From: Alphaproteobacteria bacterium | Lineage (GTDB): Bacteria; Pseudomonadota; Alphaproteobacteria; GCA-2746255 | Assembly: GCA_021776275.1 (NCBI GenBank) | Contig: JAJFGH010000097.1 | Coordinates: 1-38,365 of the forward strand | Direction: 5' to 3' | Length of the DNA stretch: 38,365 nt | Shown: positions 26,089 to 35,923 of the stretch, in pieces | Layout: every line of letters starts with the position of its first letter | Position numbering within the stretch: position 1 is the stretch's first letter | Program-made: the position numbers and the translations under genes | Notes under the pieces: generated by a model | The model's database searches: none | What the model was told of the DNA's origin: nothing | What the model saw: the letters and a program-made list of their open reading frames with translations, nothing else

Positions 26089-27279
26089 CTACACGCGCGC
26101 CGCGCGGCTCCCCTTACACGCGCGCCGCGCGGCCTCGTAAATTTCCATCAGGCGCACATAGTTTACGTCCGCCGTGTAGTTTTTCGCATACGCCTCTCGG
26201 GCATGGGCGCCCATGGCCGCCATGCGTTGCGGGTTGGCCGCCGCGAAGCGCACTTTCTCGGCCAGATCCGACGCGTCCCCCGGTGTGAAATGCAGGCCCG
26301 TTTTTCCGTCTTCCACGATTTCCGCCATTGCCCCCAATTTCGATGCGATCACCGGCAGCCCGGCCCGAAAGGCTTCCAGCAACACCATTGGGAAACCTTC
26401 GTACCATTCCGAGGGCAGCACAAGAAAGGTGGCACGGCCCATTTCGCCGGCGATCGCCGCCCCAGGCAGCGCGCCGGCGGCATCGATCCAATCGCCCTTG
26501 CGGCGGCGAACCGTTGCCAAAAGCGGCCCTTCGCCGACCAGCCGCAGCGGCACGTCCAAGCTCTCCCAGGCGTCGAGCAGGGTGCCAAGCCCCTTCTCCG
26601 GGCTTAGCCGCCCGACGAAAAGGCCGCCGCGACGACCCGCGGCATGCTCGACCGCCGCGCGATCATCGGGAAGAAAGTTTGGCTTTACCTGAATGTGCGC
26701 CGCCGGCAAACCGCCCTCGACGAATTTTTGCTTGGCAAATTGCGTCAGCGCAATGAAACGGTCTGGCCGCGTTGCCCAGGTGTCCCGTTTCCGGTGATAG
26801 GAAACCATGCGCGCGACGGCAAAAGACCCCGGTTGCGAGCCGCGATAGCAGCCATGCAGAACGGCCCGGTAGGGCGAACGGTGAACGCATTCCTCGCAAA
26901 TTTGGCCGTCGCGATAAAGCGTCGCCGCCGGACAGATGAGCCGGTAATTGTGCAGCGTCATCACCGAAGCAATGCGCGCGTCCCGGCAGGCATCGAAAAT
27001 GGACGGCGTCAGAAGCGGAAAGAAATTATGCACATGCACAAGGTCCGGCGCATGTTCCGCCAGCGCCTTCGCCATCTGCCCCCGGGCCCTCGCCGAATAG
27101 GGCGCGGCCAGCGCCGTTTGCAAGGCCCCAAGCGGGCCCTGAATGGCGGCGTTGGCAATCGTAAATTCCCGAACCTCCTGCCCGTTGCCTTCCAGCAACG
27201 CCCGCTCATTGGCGAACACGGCGTCTTCGCCGCCGGCTTGCCGGTAAAAATTATGAACGAGCAGAACGCGCATGGGCAT
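26089..27279 (-). CDS. Glycosyltransferase family 4
   Basis: HNFYRQAGGE, HVHNFFP, FVGRLSPEKG, WYEGFPMVLLEA. Confidence 0.93.
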   Translation of the reverse strand: MPMRVLLVHNFYRQAGGEDAVFANERALLEGNGQEVREFTIANAAIQGPLGALQTALAAPYSARARGQMAKALAEHAPDLVHVHNFFPLLTPSIFDACRDARIASVMTLHNYRLICPAATLYRDGQICEECVHRSPYRAVLHGCYRGSQPGSFAVARMVSYHRKRDTWATRPDRFIALTQFAKQKFVEGGLPAAHIQVKPNFLPDDRAAVEHAAGRRGGLFVGRLSPEKGLGTLLDAWESLDVPLRLVGEGPLLATVRRRKGDWIDAAGALPGAAIAGEMGRATFLVLPSEWYEGFPMVLLEAFRAGLPVIASKLGAMAEIVEDGKTGLHFTPGDASDLAEKVRFAAANPQRMAAMGAHAREAYAKNYTADVNYVRLMEIYEAARRACKGSRAARV

Positions 27280-27437
27280 TGCCCCGAAAGAGGTCGCGAA
27301 GCGGCCGTCTGGCCACGAAGGGGGCCTTCAACTTCGCCCGAAAATGCAAGGAATAATGCAAAACGATGCCCCTGAAGACGGGAATTATCCCCCCCAATGA
27401 AGCTCCTGCCTAGCCCCGATATGGCCTAAATCCACCG

Positions 27438-28172
27438 TTGCGCACCGGCGGCGCTAGCGTCTATCGTCGCCGGGTGGATAAGGCAAAATTCCTACCAAAA
27501 GCCAGGGTCGTCGATCGCTGCCGCACCGTCGCCGAATTCGCACGCGGGAAGGACGTTCTCCATATCGGCATGGGCGGCTACCTCGAAAACGACAGCGGGA
27601 CACAATCCTATCTGGCATCCGATCTTTCCAAATCGATGCATGGCTACCTTTCCCGCACGGCTTCTCGCTTGACCGGCCTGGACCCCAACCCTCAGGCGGT
27701 CGAGACCATGCGCCAGATCATCCCAGGCGAATACGTCGTAGGCGACATCACCGACCCGCAGGCGACAGCGCCGCTCAAACATCGCTTCGATGCCGTCCTC
27801 TTGCTCGATGTCATCGAACATCTCGACAATTTCCGGTCCACCCTGCAGAACATCCGTCCGCTACTTAATGAGGATGGGAGGCTGGTTATCACAACTGCCA
27901 ATGCCTATTGCTTCGAGTCCATGCTGAAAATGTTGTTGCGCTACGAAGCCGTCCACGAAGAGCATACTTGCTATTTCAGCTACCTCACGATGAAACGTTT
28001 GCTTGCCATGAACGGGTTTGAGATCGACACGTTTTGCTTCTACAGCGAGGGCGAACGCCGCCCGGTCGGAGCCTTTGGATGGCTCGGCTATCTTTCCCTT
28101 AAGCTGGTCACGCTTTTTTTCCCGCAATATGCCGAGGGGATATTCGTGGTGGCGAAACCAAGTTCCGCCTAA
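27438..28172 (+). CDS. Class I SAM-dependent methyltransferase
   Basis: DVLHIGMGG, TGLD, GDI, FDAVLLLDVIEHL, GRLVITTAN, H..YFS; start uncertain. Confidence 0.8.
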   Translation: MRTGGASVYRRRVDKAKFLPKARVVDRCRTVAEFARGKDVLHIGMGGYLENDSGTQSYLASDLSKSMHGYLSRTASRLTGLDPNPQAVETMRQIIPGEYVVGDITDPQATAPLKHRFDAVLLLDVIEHLDNFRSTLQNIRPLLNEDGRLVITTANAYCFESMLKMLLRYEAVHEEHTCYFSYLTMKRLLAMNGFEIDTFCFYSEGERRPVGAFGWLGYLSLKLVTLFFPQYAEGIFVVAKPSSA

Positions 28173-28243
28173 CGGGCGGCAAGGAACGCCGCTATTTGTT
28201 ATAGGCTTAGCGCCGGGCCCTTTGGACTCAAGGACATTCCTTG

Positions 28244-29410
28244 ATGCGAATCATACAAGTCATCACCGCGTTTTGGCTGGGGGGCGCCGAGGAAGTCGCC
28301 ATCAACCTAGCCCTTGGCTTAAGACAGCGCGGCCATGACTCGTGCGTGGTGGCGGTGAACACGCCAAAGGCCGCCGATAGGGTGGGCGAAGACCAAAAAA
28401 AACGCCTTTCCGAGGGGGGCGTAGAATTCCTGGAAATTGGCGGGCCGCATTTTCGTCTAAACAGTTTGATCGCCCCCTTCCGGCTGGCGTCTTTCTGCCG
28501 CGCGTGGAAACCGGATGTCGTACATTCCCACACGGATATACCGGATTTCACCCTCTCTCTGGCGCGGCGCATCACCAACATTGCCCTCGCGAGAACCATT
28601 CACAACACCACGCTGTGGCCGACACACCATCTAATGGGATGGGTCAGCGAGCAGCGCTTTCGCGACGATTTGATTGTCCACATCTCCGATGGCGCAAAGG
28701 CTGCCTACAGAAAGCTCCGGCAGAAATATGCGCTCCCGGAATCCCGGACACAGGTGACCATCCCAAATGGCGTTCGCAAAGCATCCGAGAAGGAACGCTT
28801 CGACCGCACCGCACTGGTTCGCGAATGTGGCGCAAACGCCGAGAAGATTCTTTTTTGTTTCGCTGGGCGGTTTACGTCTCAAAAGGGTTTCGACATCCTT
28901 CTTGACGCATTTGAACGCTTGCCGGAAGGGGTGTTGAACAAGCTACAGCTGCATGCTTTTGGCGAGGGTGAAGAAAAGGGCCGATATTTTAATCGGGTGG
29001 CCGAACAGCAATTGCCCATTTTTTTTCACTCGCCGATTCCCGAAATCCGCCGCCTTTTTCCTGCCTTCGACGCCGTTGTTATGCCTTCTCGTTTTGAAGG
29101 GCTTCCTCTTGTCGCCCTCGAGAGTCTCGCCGCCGGTGTCCCCGTCATTGGCACATCCGCTCCGGGCCTGGGAGAAACGCTCCCGCCTGAATGGCCGCTG
29201 AAAGTGCCGGTTGAGAATGCTACCGCGCTTGGAAAGCTGATCGCGGATTTCGTGGGCGGCGCTTTCAATACGGAACAGCTTCGCGAGAGGGCGGCGCGCT
29301 GGGGGGATCGTTTTACAGTAGACAAGATGGTCGAAGCCTATGACACGGCGTACCGAGATTATCTTTCCCTCAAAAAAGGGCCTCACGAAGAGAAAGGGAT
29401 CGCCCACTAA
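28244..29410 (+). CDS. Glycosyltransferase family 4
   Basis: LGGAE, DVVHSH, IPNGV, AGRFTSQKGFD, PSRFEGLPLVALE. Confidence 0.92.
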   Translation: MRIIQVITAFWLGGAEEVAINLALGLRQRGHDSCVVAVNTPKAADRVGEDQKKRLSEGGVEFLEIGGPHFRLNSLIAPFRLASFCRAWKPDVVHSHTDIPDFTLSLARRITNIALARTIHNTTLWPTHHLMGWVSEQRFRDDLIVHISDGAKAAYRKLRQKYALPESRTQVTIPNGVRKASEKERFDRTALVRECGANAEKILFCFAGRFTSQKGFDILLDAFERLPEGVLNKLQLHAFGEGEEKGRYFNRVAEQQLPIFFHSPIPEIRRLFPAFDAVVMPSRFEGLPLVALESLAAGVPVIGTSAPGLGETLPPEWPLKVPVENATALGKLIADFVGGAFNTEQLRERAARWGDRFTVDKMVEAYDTAYRDYLSLKKGPHEEKGIAH

Positions 29411-29461
29411 CACTTGTTCGCTCGCGAACACAGCATCCTTGCCCCCACCTGTTGGCAAAAA

Positions 29462-30829
29462 TCATGGAGAAGAAGAACGCGCATGCGCCTGCCCCCGGAG
29501 GAGGCTGCGAAGCGGCCGGCGGCGGCGAAACGGCACCGATAGCCTTGCCCGAAGGTTAAGCGAATAATGGACGATAATCCCCCAAAAGAAGTAATAGAGA
29601 ATCGTGTTAAAGGGCTTCTCGAAGGCATCTTCGCCGATCGCAAAAATCCAGATCAGAAGGAAAAATACGAAAAGGACCATGAGCCGCTCTTGCCCGACAC
29701 GGTATTTTGCCCGACGGCACAATTGCATGGCACGGCTCCACAACAGTACCAGCGCAATATGCATCCAAATAAAGGCAAAGAGACCGACCACGCCGAGGCG
29801 CGCGAAAATCGAAATATAAGAATTATGCGGTTCGCGAACGACCGAACCTGACAGGTTGACGAAATCGACCAGCGGTTCGCCATAGCCGAGACCAAAGAGC
29901 AAATTGTCCAAGCTGGACGTCACCTGTCTCCAGATATCAATCCACCATCCGAGACGAAGGCCCACGCCTCCGGCCGCCCCCGCCAATTCGCCGCTGCCCC
30001 CGCCTCCTACGATTGTCCCAAAATGGGCGATCATGAATTCGAGCGAGATGGTGCCTCCGATACGGCCGGTGATCTGAATGCCCAGCGCGGAAACAACGAG
30101 AAGGGCGCACATCCCAAAAATCAGAGAGGACGACATTTTCACGAAGGAGCTGCGGTACTGCCAGGCAAACAACAGCAACATCGCGATCACCTGAAGGTAA
30201 ACCGTCCGTGCCTGGAAGAAGGCGACGACATAAGCCAGCAAAATCGGCGCCAACAGCATCGGCCCGAAAAGGATCGTTTTTGGCCGAACGATCATGAGAT
30301 ACGCCGCCGCCATCAACATAATGACGGACGTGTTTATGTACTGGAAGAAAATCGTGACCTTGTTCCCGGCGGCGGAAATAATCGAGGGCGAAAGGCTTTG
30401 GAAAAAATCGCCGATGGGAAAAGTCAGGCCGTAAACAACGCCTATGGCAAGCAACTTCGGAAGCCACCGAAAAAAACGCTCGATATTTGCTTCCTTAGTC
30501 GCAAAAACAAAGCCGACCCAAAGGAAAAGGGATTCAAGGATATGGGTCGCATCGCGAAACGCCCACATTCCATGTTGTGGAATATTGATGATAAGCTGTA
30601 CGAATCCGACCCCCCACCAAAGAAGAAAAGGCAAAAGAAAGATCGCGTGTGAAAAGCGCGGTAAAAACCGGACGTCCGTAAGCCACAGAAGGTAGCACAA
30701 CAACAGCAACTCGCCGAAGGGGGCGCCGATGCCTGGCGGCACGCGCAGGATCATGAAGCCATAGTTTAGGATCAGATAACAGGCGAGGATGAAAAGAGTC
30801 AGCCGGTCTCGAACGTTCGTCAGAGTCAA
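29462..30829 (-). CDS. O-antigen ligase / Wzy polymerase family membrane protein
   Basis: About 11-12 TM segments, R..WW..., LFGLGYG, PHNSYISIFARLGVVG (Wzy_C motif). Confidence 0.85.
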   Translation of the reverse strand: MTLTNVRDRLTLFILACYLILNYGFMILRVPPGIGAPFGELLLLCYLLWLTDVRFLPRFSHAIFLLPFLLWWGVGFVQLIINIPQHGMWAFRDATHILESLFLWVGFVFATKEANIERFFRWLPKLLAIGVVYGLTFPIGDFFQSLSPSIISAAGNKVTIFFQYINTSVIMLMAAAYLMIVRPKTILFGPMLLAPILLAYVVAFFQARTVYLQVIAMLLLFAWQYRSSFVKMSSSLIFGMCALLVVSALGIQITGRIGGTISLEFMIAHFGTIVGGGGSGELAGAAGGVGLRLGWWIDIWRQVTSSLDNLLFGLGYGEPLVDFVNLSGSVVREPHNSYISIFARLGVVGLFAFIWMHIALVLLWSRAMQLCRRAKYRVGQERLMVLFVFFLLIWIFAIGEDAFEKPFNTILYYFFWGIIVHYSLNLRARLSVPFRRRRPLRSLLRGQAHARSSSP

Positions 30830-30921
30830 AACGATCTCTTTCCAAAAAGCGTCCGGAAGCTTTTCATAAACCTGAAGAGCCCATATTCCCTACCCGGACA
30901 CCTCAAGAAACCTCCACAACA

Positions 30922-31653
30922 CTACTTCACACATTCAACGTATAAAGATTCTGGCTTATATTCATTGCCTTCTTCATCCACCTCAAGGCCGAACGATTTC
31001 CAATCCGGAATATCGCTTTCGTTGAAATGCCGGACGGTGATGTCGCGAAACCCTGCTTGCTTCAGGGCAAGCCTTAGATTGCATTCATCATACATCCATT
31101 GATGCGTTTCTCCACGCTTACGCGCGTCTCCCAATATCCTGTTTTCCAGGCACCGCCGCACGGGCGGCTGCTGTTGCGTTCCAAAGGATTCCCTTCGAAC
31201 GCACTGCTCGATCATATCCGCGATGCAAGCATCGTGCTTGTCAAGCGCGGCCGCATCTTCCCTGCAACGCTCCAGGCTGGACAAATAATTTCGTGCAAGG
31301 CTTTCCAGATCGGGCACGCATATTCGTTGAATGCCGCCCGGCTTCAATGCACGATAAATTTCCCCTAAATAGGCGGGAACATCCCCGCGATCGATATGTT
31401 CAAGAATATGCGAATGATAAACGGCGTCGACACTTTCATCCGGAAACGGGATGCCTTTTCTCAGATCCCAAGCCAGTACATTGCTGGAAAGAGAAAGCAA
31501 ACGACGGCGCCGTTCCTTATTTAGAAAGGGCACAACCAATAAACGAAGAAACCGGTTTCTCTTTATGCGAAGGTAGATTGACCAATCGATGTTGATGCAT
31601 CGAGCCGAGGTCTTCGTGCCACATCCAAGATTTAGTACACGCATAGAATACAC
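30922..31653 (-). CDS. SAM-dependent methyltransferase (type 11-like)
   Basis: LNLGCG, DLRKGIPFPDESVDAVYHSHILEH, RALKPGG..RICVPDL, HQWMYD, SLYVEC. Confidence 0.88.
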   Translation of the reverse strand: MYSMRVLNLGCGTKTSARCINIDWSIYLRIKRNRFLRLLVVPFLNKERRRRLLSLSSNVLAWDLRKGIPFPDESVDAVYHSHILEHIDRGDVPAYLGEIYRALKPGGIQRICVPDLESLARNYLSSLERCREDAAALDKHDACIADMIEQCVRRESFGTQQQPPVRRCLENRILGDARKRGETHQWMYDECNLRLALKQAGFRDITVRHFNESDIPDWKSFGLEVDEEGNEYKPESLYVECVK

Positions 31654-31826
31654 GATCTCCGGCGGATAATTCCCCTTATTGAACCACCGAATTTACAATT
31701 CGCAAGGAAAAATACGGCGCGCCTAAATTTGGATGGGGATACCCTGTCATTGTGTCCCCCCCTCAAATTGGATACGGTTGCACCCAATCCAGAGGTCGTC
31801 TGGACGAACCTTGGATAGGCGTAACT

Positions 31827-32315
31827 GTGGCACTCAACAAACAGCCGGCCGCCCAGCATAAAACGGTCCTTACCTACGGGACATACGATCTGTTTCATGT
31901 TGGGCACCTTCGATTGTTTAAGCGGTTGAAAGCGCTTGGTGATAAATTGATCGTCGGCGTTTCCACAGACGAATTCAATTCCATAAAAGGGAAGCGAACG
32001 ATTATACCCTTTTCCCAAAGGGCCGAAATTATCGAGTCCATAGTTTGCGTCGACCTTGTCATTCCGGAAAAGAGCTGGTCGCAAAAAGTCGACGACATCA
32101 AAACCCATGGCGTCGATATTTTTGCCATGGGCGATGACTGGCACGGGAAATTTGATGATCTAAAGGCATATTGCGAGGTCCACTATCTTCCGAGAACTGC
32201 CTGCATATCCTCGACCGAAATAAAGCACGCGCTGGAAACCATCTATGAATTGAGCCCCAAAGAACTGGCTATTCAATATGAAGTGCTGCACCAGCTCCTT
32301 GCCGATTTAAAATAG
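31827..32315 (+). CDS. tagD: Glycerol-3-phosphate cytidylyltransferase (TagD-like)
   Basis: TYGTYDLFHVGH, VGVSTDEFN..KGK, MGDDWHGKFD, RT..ISSTEIK; GTG start assumed. Confidence 0.9.
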   Translation: MALNKQPAAQHKTVLTYGTYDLFHVGHLRLFKRLKALGDKLIVGVSTDEFNSIKGKRTIIPFSQRAEIIESIVCVDLVIPEKSWSQKVDDIKTHGVDIFAMGDDWHGKFDDLKAYCEVHYLPRTACISSTEIKHALETIYELSPKELAIQYEVLHQLLADLK

Positions 32316-32325
32316 CGGTCTTGCG

Positions 32326-33501
32326 ATGCTCAATATTGGTACCTCATGCCCAAGAGAAATCTTTCGGGCACTGAATTGGCTGGTGCCCAAGCGGGCAAAT
32401 CAGATTTGCATTCATTCCTTCCCCGATTATGAGGATATGACAAGAGGCCTGTTAGACGGGCTTTCAAAAAGCGCTATTGAATTTCAGATCGTCATCCTGA
32501 CGGACAAGCGGGGACAAAAACCTAAATGGATCAAGAAAAACCACACCCACCTGCGACAATATAAAAAACGTTCCGTATGCGGCATTTGGGCGTATTGGCG
32601 ATCGAAATACGTTTTCTTTACCCATGTGTGTTTTTCCTCGATTCGGCCGGTTCAAACGCAAATCACCGTAAACGTCTGGCACGGCATGCCGATAAAAACA
32701 CTCGGCCGCTATCTTGAAAGAAACAAAGCCGTGCCTTTCTCGACCTATATAATTTCAACAGCGCCCTTCTTTTCAAAAATCCTTTCCACCGCCTTCGCCA
32801 TGCCAATCGAGAGGGTTCTGGAGGTTGGGCTGCCCCGAAACGACCTTCTGTTGAAAGCGCAAAACAGGGCTTTAAAAAAGCAGCTCTGCGGCGATCAAAA
32901 ATTGATCGTATGGTTGCCGACCTGGCGACACACGATCCTGGGAGAGGGAAGACTGGATGGCAGGCAAGCCGAGAATATCTTTAATCTAGCGGATTTGGAT
33001 ATCGGTGCGTTGGACGGCGCCTTCAAAAAGCTAGGGCTTAGCGTTCTTATCAAGCCGCACCCGATGGCCACCAGGCTGGAGGCAGATTTTGATCCGGAAA
33101 GCCTTTCAAACATTCGCCTGATCGACGAAGAATGGCTGAAGCAATCTGGAACGACGTTGTACGAACTGCTTTCCATCTCGGACATGCTGATTACGGACAT
33201 CTCGTCCGTTTTGGTTGATTACCTTCTCTTGGATAGGCCAATCCTGTGCCATTTTCCCGACATGGAAGCTTACAAAAAGAACCGCGGACTGATCTGGGAT
33301 TTTAACCCAACGGAATATGGCATTCCCCTCGTTGCCCATCAAAAAGAACTGATTGAAGCAGTAAAAACGAGCATGGAGCGTGCCGGGGAGAACAATCTAT
33401 ACCCCGCGCTTCGCAAGCTCATGCACGCCGATCATAAAAATAGTTCTCGCAAATTGATGGATGCGCTAGGCGTGGAAAACCAGACCGCTCCCACGCCTTA
33501 A
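32326..33501 (+). CDS. CDP-glycerol glycerophosphotransferase family protein (TagB/TagF-like)
   Basis: WHGMPIK, GLPRND, WLPTWR, IKPHP, LITDISSVLVDYLLLDRPI: the five family motifs. Confidence 0.92.
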   Translation: MLNIGTSCPREIFRALNWLVPKRANQICIHSFPDYEDMTRGLLDGLSKSAIEFQIVILTDKRGQKPKWIKKNHTHLRQYKKRSVCGIWAYWRSKYVFFTHVCFSSIRPVQTQITVNVWHGMPIKTLGRYLERNKAVPFSTYIISTAPFFSKILSTAFAMPIERVLEVGLPRNDLLLKAQNRALKKQLCGDQKLIVWLPTWRHTILGEGRLDGRQAENIFNLADLDIGALDGAFKKLGLSVLIKPHPMATRLEADFDPESLSNIRLIDEEWLKQSGTTLYELLSISDMLITDISSVLVDYLLLDRPILCHFPDMEAYKKNRGLIWDFNPTEYGIPLVAHQKELIEAVKTSMERAGENNLYPALRKLMHADHKNSSRKLMDALGVENQTAPTP

Positions 33502-33516
33502 AAATCGACGCTTAAT

Positions 33517-34782
33517 CTATGTTCGACTGCCTGCCAGTTCCGCTCTCACCGCCCTCAGCAGGACAACCAAAAGAATGAGCGCTACGCCAAGGTTTCCTAT
33601 CATTGCCCCCGTCAACTCGAAGTTTTTCAACAATGGGTACACGGAAAGCAGGGTAAACAGCGTGGCGTAAGCATCGCTTTGAAAGATGGGCCGTGTCCGC
33701 TCCAACGCACGCAACCCGGCGCGAAGCGGAAGCGCTAGCCCCACAAGCACATAGACGCCCGCATACCAGTAAAGCAGGTGCCCGTAGGCCGCGAAAGATT
33801 CTCCGAAAACAAGCTGTAGCCAGAAGGAAGGCGCCGCAGCGGCAACGATGCCAAGCACCGCTGCCGTCAGGCCCATCGCCCAGGCAACCCGCCGCAGATA
33901 GGCGGCAAGCGCACGCTTCCCCCCGCCTACCAGACTCGCCGCGGCATGCAACGGCACAACGTTTTCAAGCGCCTGAAAGAAGATACGGTTGACCCCCATC
34001 AGCGTTTGCGCGGCACGAAGCGCGCCGACGGCGGCCACGCCAAGCATGGCGCCCGCTGCGATAAAGATAAAGTTAGCCGAGGCCCATTGCAGCAGGGCCG
34101 AAGCGCCCATCCATTTCGCGAAATACCAGTGCCGCCTGCAAACGCCGGTAAAGGTGCTCACCCGCCACGAAAGACGTTCCAGAAAAAGCGTTCCCGTTAG
34201 AACCGCGGCGGCAGAGGCGCCACCAATGAACCAAAGAACGTCCGCGCTATCGAAACGAAAGCGCGGAAGCAACAGAAACAACAAAAGAAGAAGGCCAAGA
34301 TAGCCGATGGCGTCGCCCGCAAAGGCAATGGCGGGACGTTTGCGCGTGAAAAAATAACGCCGAAAAAAATCGCGCAGTTGAAAAAGAACCGCCGTTACCG
34401 CCAAAGGAACCGCCAGAACGCGCAAATCCCACTGGGGCCGGATCTGGGCTGCAAGATGCACGCCCGCAAGAATAAGAAGAAAGGTAAGCGTTACGAAGAT
34501 CAGCAGTTGCAGGAAAAGCGCGCCAAAATAAGCGGGCGCGTCTTCCGGCCGCTGCTTCGGGCCAATGCTCATCATGGGTGAGATAACCACCGCCATCTGC
34601 AGGCTTGTCGTAAAAAGGACAACCAGCCAGGCGAGGGTGAAACGTCCAAACTCTTCGATGCCCAAATGGCGCGCAATCAAAATGGTCGTGAGAAAATTCG
34701 CGGCACTCACCATTCCCTGGTCCAAAAGCGCCCAGTTCACGTGGTGGTGGCGCTTGGCCATTGCGAAGATTCGGTCGAACAT
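33517..34782 (-). CDS. Polysaccharide flippase (Wzx-like)
   Basis: Polytopic membrane protein with DQGMVSAANF..ARHLGIEEFGRF and VGALRAAQTL, located within a glycan locus. Confidence 0.82.
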   Translation of the reverse strand: MFDRIFAMAKRHHHVNWALLDQGMVSAANFLTTILIARHLGIEEFGRFTLAWLVVLFTTSLQMAVVISPMMSIGPKQRPEDAPAYFGALFLQLLIFVTLTFLLILAGVHLAAQIRPQWDLRVLAVPLAVTAVLFQLRDFFRRYFFTRKRPAIAFAGDAIGYLGLLLLLFLLLPRFRFDSADVLWFIGGASAAAVLTGTLFLERLSWRVSTFTGVCRRHWYFAKWMGASALLQWASANFIFIAAGAMLGVAAVGALRAAQTLMGVNRIFFQALENVVPLHAAASLVGGGKRALAAYLRRVAWAMGLTAAVLGIVAAAAPSFWLQLVFGESFAAYGHLLYWYAGVYVLVGLALPLRAGLRALERTRPIFQSDAYATLFTLLSVYPLLKNFELTGAMIGNLGVALILLVVLLRAVRAELAGSRT

Positions 34783-34846
34783 TTTCCGCTTTCCGGACCG
34801 GATGGCTTAATCACCCAGTCTAGCATCGTAGGCAGCAGGCGTCCCC

Positions 34847-35914
34847 TTATCCGGGGGGCAAACCGCCATAGGGACGAACCAGACCACGCAGCCGGCGCCA
34901 ATTGCGATAGAGGCCAACGCGCAAATCCGTCGCCAGAAGAAGCTCGCGGCGCAACGTGCGCAAATGCCCGGGCCCGGTCGGGAAAAGGGTTTCGTAATCG
35001 CGGACCAGGCGCGCAAATTCGCACGCCGGAAGCCCGCGAAAAGGCCGCAGCAGGCCCACAGGCGCGGGCCCGAGCCTGCCGCCAAGCCGTTCCAGCAATT
35101 GGAGAAAGCTTCTCGCCGCCCGGCAAAGCCGCCCCTGGGTCACCAGCGCCTCGAGCCGCTCCCAATCCAGCTCCTCCGTGCGTTCCAACATGCGAATCGC
35201 ATCGACGCTCTTGCGCACGCTTGCCGGCCCGAAGGCGCCCTTCGCCGCGTTCGTCAAACTAAGAAAAAAGTGATGCTCCGGAGAAGGCACGCGCAGGCGC
35301 AAGCCGTCGATTTCCAGCCGGCGCGATTCGGAAAAAACGGCCTCCGTCGAAAGTGAAAGCGTGGCCGGGTAGGCATCGGGCGCGATGTGCAAATCGAGAT
35401 TGGCGCTGGCATCTTCGGAAACGAAGGGCAGAAAGCTGACATCGGAAATAAACCCCCAGGGCGAACGCGCCTCGCCGCGAAAGCGAAAACCGTGGCCGGA
35501 GAGAAAATGAATAAGCGCGTCCAGATCCTTCGCACGAAGCAGCAGATCCAGATCGCCAATCGTGCGCGCGTCCGGATCGTCATAAAGGCTGTGCGCGCTG
35601 GCAAATCCCTTTATGTAAACGACATCGAACCCCGCCTCGCCGATCTTGCGCACCCAGTGCAATTGGCTATGCCGCAGAAACCGGTTGTACAGAAGCCCCT
35701 TATCGGCCAGCTCCGGATCGATCCATTCGCGCTTCAGCTTGGCCGCGGCCGGACGCAACAATTCGCGCGCAAGGGCTGGCGAAAGAAGGTCCGCAAACCG
35801 CCGCAGCATGGCGGGCGTCGCTGCCGAAACGTGCCGCTCCGCCGCCTCCGGGCATGTGACAAGCGTCCAGAACTTGGCTGCCACGTTGCTTGTACTTTCT
35901 TGCGATTGCGACAA
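34847..35914 (-). CDS. Nucleotidyltransferase family protein (NTP_transf_5-like)
   Basis: YIKG...LYDDPDARTIGDLDLLL (KG...R..GDxD), then LDLH and LRVPSPE. Confidence 0.8.
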   Translation of the reverse strand: MSQSQESTSNVAAKFWTLVTCPEAAERHVSAATPAMLRRFADLLSPALARELLRPAAAKLKREWIDPELADKGLLYNRFLRHSQLHWVRKIGEAGFDVVYIKGFASAHSLYDDPDARTIGDLDLLLRAKDLDALIHFLSGHGFRFRGEARSPWGFISDVSFLPFVSEDASANLDLHIAPDAYPATLSLSTEAVFSESRRLEIDGLRLRVPSPEHHFFLSLTNAAKGAFGPASVRKSVDAIRMLERTEELDWERLEALVTQGRLCRAARSFLQLLERLGGRLGPAPVGLLRPFRGLPACEFARLVRDYETLFPTGPGHLRTLRRELLLATDLRVGLYRNWRRLRGLVRPYGGLPPG

Positions 35915-35923
35915 AGAAACCCG

